Of a stretch of 64,000 nucleotides of DNA, positions 59,118 to 64,000 are shown one piece after another. This DNA is from Candidatus Bathyarchaeota archaeon (GTDB taxonomy: Archaea; Thermoproteota; Bathyarchaeia; Bathyarchaeales; Bathycorpusculaceae). A program made the translations under genes and the position numbers. Each line of letters begins with the position of its first letter. The stretch's first letter is position 1. The notes below the pieces were generated by a model. It was given only the letters and a program-made list of their open reading frames with translations. It made no database searches and was not told the DNA's origin. Where the stretch lies: assembly GCA_963720565.1 (NCBI GenBank), contig CAVRFW010000009.1:128001-192000 (forward strand), written 5' to 3'.

Positions 59118-61498
59118 CTCTAAGCAGCCTTTACATCCGCAGGAACACGCCTTTCAACCTGCACGATATTAACACTCAAGACGCCACAGATCAACAACTC
59201 GCAGAACTAAGCGGCGAACTCGGTCTAGGCCTAAATCTGCAAGAAATGAAGCAGGTTCAAGCCTACTTCAAAAAACAGAAACGAAACCCCACAGACTTAG
59301 AGCTCCAAACCATCGGACAAACATGGAGCGAACACTGCTGCCACAAAACCTTCAAAGGCAAAATCCTGCTGAATGGAAACGAAATCGACAGCCTCTTCAA
59401 AACCTACATTGCCCGAGCCACAAAGGAAATCAACCCACGATGGTGCATCAGCGTCTTCGAAGACAACGCTGGCATAATAAGCTTTGACAAAGGCTACGGC
59501 ATAGCTGCCAAAGTCGAAACTCACAACCACCCCTCCGCGGTTGAACCATTCGGAGGCGCAGCTACAGGAGTTGGAGGAGTAATCCGCGATGTACTCGGCG
59601 TCTGGGCGGATCCGATAGCTTGCACTGACGTTCTGGGTTTTGGGCCTCTAGACTACGATTACAAAAAACTGCCGTTAGGCATGAAACATCCCAAGTACGT
59701 TTACATGGGCGTCACCGCAGGTATAGGCGCCTACGGAAACAACATGGGAATACCAACCGTCAATGGAGCCATATACTTCGACGAGAGCTACACGGGCAAC
59801 GTCGTCGTGTACTGCGGCTGCATAGGACTGCTTCCGCTTAAGAAATTCAAAAAAACAGCAGAAGCTGGCCACATTATTCTTGTTGCAGGAGGAAAAACAG
59901 GCCGCGATGGTATCCACGGCGTAACATTCGCCAGCGCAGAACTCACAGAAAAATCCGAAGAAGTATCCAGACCAGCTGTGCAAATTGCAGACCCAATTGA
60001 AGAGGAAAAAGTGAAACGCGCGCTGATGAGGATTAGAGACCTTGGTCTCGGATCAGCCACAACCGACTTGGGAGGAGGAGGAATGTCCTCAGCCATCGGC
60101 GAAACAGCGGAAAGATTCGACTGCGGCGCTACAGTTGACCTGGACAAGGTTCCTCTGAAATATGCTGGACTGGCACCTTGGGAAATCTACATTTCAGAGT
60201 CTCAAGAAAGAATGCTCTTGACTGTTCCACCTGAAAATCTGGAAAAAGCCTTAGCGGTATTTGAAAAGGAGGATGTGGAAGTCACCGCGGTCGGAACACT
60301 CACCCGAGAAAGGCGCCTGCAGATTCGCTACCAAGGCGTCACGGTAGCGGACATGGATATGCAGTTCCTTTTTGAACCTGCAAAGAGCGTGAAAAACGCG
60401 ACAATTGAACCCGTCAACCTATCCGAACCTGATTTTCCTGAACCTTCAAATCTAACGGAAACGCTGCTGGAGTTGCTCTGCGCACCAAATATTGCCAGCA
60501 AAGAAAGCGTCGTCCGAACATACGATCACGAAGTTAAAGGTAATACGGCCTTAAAGCCTCTTCAAGGCGAACATGCAGGACCCAACGACGCTTCAATCAT
60601 AAAACCTCTCGACAACTCTTGGAAAGGCATTTCCATATCCTGCGGCATGAACCCGAACTACGGGAAAATCGACCCGTACTGGATGGCGGCCTCCGCCATA
60701 GACGAAGCAGTAAGAAACAACGTTGCCGTAGGCGGACGCAGAATAGCGCTGCTGGACAATTTTGTTTGGGGCAACCCTGAGAAACCTGAACGTTTAGGTT
60801 CACTTGTAAAGGCATGCGAGGCATGCTATGACGTTGCCACCGCTTACAAAACTCCCTTCATTTCTGGCAAAGACAGTCTATACAACGAATCGCCATTAGG
60901 GCCAGTCACGCCTACCCTGCTAATCACGGCCGTAGGTGTTGTACCAGACATAAGGTCAGCCGTATCGGTTGATCTGAAAAAACCGGACAACCTACTGTAC
61001 ATCGTAGGCAAGACGTCCAAAGAGCTTGGAGGCTCAGAATACTTCAAACTCAAAGGCTTCTTGGGTAAATCCGTGCCCAAAGTACGCGCGACGCAAGCAC
61101 GGAAAACCTACTATGCTTTGACAAAAGCTATTGGCGCAGGATGCGTAAAAGCCTGTCATGACCTATCCGAAGGCGGACTAGGAGTGGCAATCGCAGAGAT
61201 GGCAATAGCTGGAGGCTGGGGGGCAGAGATTGACCTGGCAAGAGTTCCCACTGACGCTTTGAAACGCGACGACTACACCTTGTTTTCAGAATCAAACAGC
61301 CGCTTCGTCGTTGAAGTTGCAGAGAAAGACCGGGAAACATTTGAAACATTCATGAAGGGCAGAACTCATGCTGAAATCGGCAGAGTCACCAAGAACCCGC
61401 GTCTAGTAATTGGAGGACTAAACCGATCAGTTATAGTGGACGCGGCGATTGCGGATTTGAATGCAAGTTGGAAACGGACTCTAAGCAGCGAGGCGTGA
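59114..61498 (+). CDS. purL: FGAM synthase subunit PurL
   Basis: WSEHCCHK, ETHNHPS, SESQERM, SGKDSL, HDLSEGGL. Confidence 0.97.
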   Translation: MTLSSLYIRRNTPFNLHDINTQDATDQQLAELSGELGLGLNLQEMKQVQAYFKKQKRNPTDLELQTIGQTWSEHCCHKTFKGKILLNGNEIDSLFKTYIARATKEINPRWCISVFEDNAGIISFDKGYGIAAKVETHNHPSAVEPFGGAATGVGGVIRDVLGVWADPIACTDVLGFGPLDYDYKKLPLGMKHPKYVYMGVTAGIGAYGNNMGIPTVNGAIYFDESYTGNVVVYCGCIGLLPLKKFKKTAEAGHIILVAGGKTGRDGIHGVTFASAELTEKSEEVSRPAVQIADPIEEEKVKRALMRIRDLGLGSATTDLGGGGMSSAIGETAERFDCGATVDLDKVPLKYAGLAPWEIYISESQERMLLTVPPENLEKALAVFEKEDVEVTAVGTLTRERRLQIRYQGVTVADMDMQFLFEPAKSVKNATIEPVNLSEPDFPEPSNLTETLLELLCAPNIASKESVVRTYDHEVKGNTALKPLQGEHAGPNDASIIKPLDNSWKGISISCGMNPNYGKIDPYWMAASAIDEAVRNNVAVGGRRIALLDNFVWGNPEKPERLGSLVKACEACYDVATAYKTPFISGKDSLYNESPLGPVTPTLLITAVGVVPDIRSAVSVDLKKPDNLLYIVGKTSKELGGSEYFKLKGFLGKSVPKVRATQARKTYYALTKAIGAGCVKACHDLSEGGLGVAIAEMAIAGGWGAEIDLARVPTDALKRDDYTLFSESNSRFVVEVAEKDRETFETFMKGRTHAEIGRVTKNPRLVIGGLNRSVIVDAAIADLNASWKRTLSSEA

Positions 61499-61501
61499 AT
61501 C

Positions 61502-62320
61502 ATGAAGCGAGAAGACATAAAAGTATGCGTTTTGCGTGTTGGCGGAACAAACTGTGACATGGAAACACAAAGGGCATTCCAAGAAGTAGGCGTTCAGGCT
61601 GAAACACTGCATTTGAATGAAATCCTCAAACAAGGAACTCTAATGAATTACCAGGTTCTGGTTTTTCCAGGAGGCTTTTCATACGGCGATTACGTGCGAG
61701 CAGGGGTCATCTTCGCACGAAGGCTCTCAGCCAGACTTGATAAAGAACTAAAAGCATTCGTCCAGGATAACCGGCCTATACTGGGAATATGTAATGGCTT
61801 TCAGATCATAGTCGAATACGGTTTGCTCCCGGGATTCAAAGGGGTAAGCCCAATCCCAGAGGCTACTCTCGCCACTAATATTCCCCAAGGTTACAATTGC
61901 CGTTGGCTCTACCTCAAGTACGAGAACAAAGGAAACTGCGTGTTCACAGGCAAAATCCCCCGAGGAAAAGTGCTCAGGATACCCGTCGCTCACTCAGAAG
62001 GCAGGTTTCTATTTCCGAGAGAAAAAGAACAACAACTTCTCGAAGAGTTATACGATAACGACATGATAGTGTTTCGATACTGCAACGAGAACGGCGAATA
62101 CGCGAACGGTCATTACCCGACAAACCCAAACGGCTCATTCCACGACATCGCTGGAATCTGCAACAAGGAAGGAACAATATTTGGCTTAATGCCGCACCCA
62201 GAAAGGGCATTGTACTGGTGGCAACAACCAGACTGGACGCGCCACGAATGCGTGCCCCAGTATGGAGATGGAAAGCTAATCTTTGAAAGTCTAGTTGACC
62301 ATTTAACCAAGAAACTCTAG
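61502..62320 (+). CDS. purQ: FGAM synthase glutaminase PurQ
   Basis: GTNC, PGGFSYGD, GICNGFQ, MPHPER. Confidence 0.97.
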   Translation: MKREDIKVCVLRVGGTNCDMETQRAFQEVGVQAETLHLNEILKQGTLMNYQVLVFPGGFSYGDYVRAGVIFARRLSARLDKELKAFVQDNRPILGICNGFQIIVEYGLLPGFKGVSPIPEATLATNIPQGYNCRWLYLKYENKGNCVFTGKIPRGKVLRIPVAHSEGRFLFPREKEQQLLEELYDNDMIVFRYCNENGEYANGHYPTNPNGSFHDIAGICNKEGTIFGLMPHPERALYWWQQPDWTRHECVPQYGDGKLIFESLVDHLTKKL

Positions 62321-63217
62321 GTCCTTAGAGAAAGGCAGGCCTGTTCTGGCACCCATCTTCATCACGCATCTTGAAGCCACAAAGTTACCCAACTTACCGC
62401 ACTCTCCAAGGCTCTTGTCCTTCAACAACCCATATAGGAATCCCGCACAGAAAGCATCTCCAGCGCCGGTCGTATCAACAGCTTTCACTTTGAATGGTTC
62501 TATCAAAAGTTGCTCTCGACCATTCGTAACATAGCAGCCGGAACTGCCAAGCTTCACAGCCACTATTTTCACACCCTTACTAATAATGTGCTCAGCACCC
62601 TTGCTATAATTGGTCTCGCCAGTCAAGAGCTCAAGCTCCACAGAGTTAGGCATTAAAACATAAGTCCGTTTGATTATCGGTTCTAACCCGATAAGCCCCT
62701 TCCGCGCATACAAGGCTCCTGGGTCAAAGCTAACCTTGACACCTCGCGGAAGCGTTTCCAAAAGTCTCTTCTGTGTTTCGAAGGATTCTTCCCCTACGAA
62801 GGATGACAAATGCAAAAACCGTGTCTGAGAAGCGTATTCAACATCAATCTCGCTAAATCTTACCGTGTCATTAACACCTGAATTGATGTACAAAGCACGA
62901 GCGCCCTTTTTGTCAACGAACCCCATCACTAAACCGCTTTTTCCTTTCGTTGCGCGGATTACACCTTTGGCGTCGACTTTTTCCTTGTAGAAATCGTTTG
63001 CGAGCAATTCGCCTTCCTTGTCAGGACCCACTTTTCCGATGAAACCTGTTTTGCAGCCGAGTCTAGCGAGTCCAACTATGGCGTTTGCCGCTGAGCCCCC
63101 ACAAGTCTCTGTTGAATCAGTAATCCAGCTTTCCTCTTCCTGTTTGGCAAGCCTGTTGACTTTGAAAAGTCTATCCACGTTGAGCGCGCCAAACCCGACA
63201 ACGTCAAAGCGACTCAT
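62303..63217 (-). CDS. PfkB-family carbohydrate/nucleoside kinase
   Basis: GGSAAN, DTTGAGDAF. Confidence 0.92.
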   Translation of the reverse strand: MSRFDVVGFGALNVDRLFKVNRLAKQEEESWITDSTETCGGSAANAIVGLARLGCKTGFIGKVGPDKEGELLANDFYKEKVDAKGVIRATKGKSGLVMGFVDKKGARALYINSGVNDTVRFSEIDVEYASQTRFLHLSSFVGEESFETQKRLLETLPRGVKVSFDPGALYARKGLIGLEPIIKRTYVLMPNSVELELLTGETNYSKGAEHIISKGVKIVAVKLGSSGCYVTNGREQLLIEPFKVKAVDTTGAGDAFCAGFLYGLLKDKSLGECGKLGNFVASRCVMKMGARTGLPFSKDLEFLG

Positions 63218-64000
63218 GTTAGCAGCTCACGTAGACTAATCTTGAATTCTCCCAATTTACCGCCGTAGTTGCCAGCGGAAACTCGAACCACACCGTCAAC
63301 GTTGATGACCGCTTCTATTCCATTCTTAGTAGCTGCTTTGACAGCTTCAATAGAAACCCCGTTTATTACAATCTCCGGGATATAACGCACATCTTCAGGG
63401 ACCAATAATGCTTTTCCCAACCCCGGCTTGAGACTTGGACAATACGTGTGATTTGTCGTGGGGCCTATTTCGGGATAACGCGTTTCAGGCTTTGAACCAG
63501 CCGAGCAAATATCAAACGGCGTAATAACCCCCTTCACTCTGTGTATAGCTTCTAAGGCCTTTTCGCCTGCTTTTCGCATTGCCTCTTTGGTTCTGCACAT
63601 GACCCAAAAGTTGGCGCCCATCACCCCACGTGAATAGCCCAAGTATCTTTCAATTACAAAGTCAGGAACCATAAGCGGCACCACAATCACCTCTCTACCA
63701 TGACGCGTTTCAACCCACTCATAACCATCACCGCAATGCCCCACCCGCGTCATCATATCCAGTTTTCCCTCAGCATAAGACAACGCATCAAAAACTGCAG
63801 TAAAGGGCTTAACCAAAATGTCCTGACGAATCCGATAGGAGAACTCTCTCTCAAACTTCCGTAAAGAATCAGCAAACCGTTTCTTCGGGTTTAGTCCACC
63901 CCAAAACTGCAGGACAGCACCTATGCGATGATCAGGAGTTTCTTCTTCACTCAGCCATTTTTCCACTCCGCCTTCAACTCTGCCAATAACAACAGAAGGC
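63214..64000 (-). CDS. ftr: Formylmethanofuran-H4MPT formyltransferase-like protein; 5' end off the window
   Basis: TPD, RIRQDIL, GDGYE, GSKP, TTNHTYCP, EIVING, SAGNYGGKLG. Confidence 0.85.
   Translation of the reverse strand, partial: PSVVIGRVEGGVEKWLSEEETPDHRIGAVLQFWGGLNPKKRFADSLRKFEREFSYRIRQDILVKPFTAVFDALSYAEGKLDMMTRVGHCGDGYEWVETRHGREVIVVPLMVPDFVIERYLGYSRGVMGANFWVMCRTKEAMRKAGEKALEAIHRVKGVITPFDICSAGSKPETRYPEIGPTTNHTYCPSLKPGLGKALLVPEDVRYIPEIVINGVSIEAVKAATKNGIEAVINVDGVVRVSAGNYGGKLGEFKISLRELLT

Overview
Archaeal chromosomal DNA, most consistent with Bathyarchaeia (TACK). Evidence: the rps15-rdgB-bud32-kae1 cluster, a TFE-beta-like gene, a proteasome beta subunit, an intron-containing tRNA, REC-only response regulators with a MEDS/PAS kinase, and an Ftr homologue. 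Layout: 1-19 kb is core housekeeping. 19-22.6 kb holds a degenerate trans-prenyltransferase converging on an unannotated 14-codon ORF (MQKAKVPVRVKFWK) that has its own TATA-like box, SD and terminator, followed by an MFS transporter and a radical SAM/SPASM gene; this is my best candidate for an undescribed system (archaeal ComQ/ComX-like prenylated peptide). 23.7-32.8 kb is an extended arsenic/thiol-redox island (arsR, acr3, arsM, ferredoxins, gcvH-DGC-DGC-osmC, ccdA/redoxin) tied together by a repeated AT-rich palindromic operator. 33-44.5 kb is a signalling/oxidative-stress region with seven copies of a 24-bp palindrome (TGTKRYTG-N8-CARYMACA) in intergenic DNA. 45-57 kb is mixed metabolism (PPi-type PFK, minimal SUF, a second rSAM, SPFH/NfeD, tRNA-Gly(CCC) with a 29/30 intron). 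57.7-64 kb is purM-S-L-Q, a PfkB kinase and an Ftr-like gene. More than a dozen genes, including leuS, are split by small indels that look like long-read consensus errors, so ends of split genes are approximate. All family calls come from motif recognition by eye; no database search was run.
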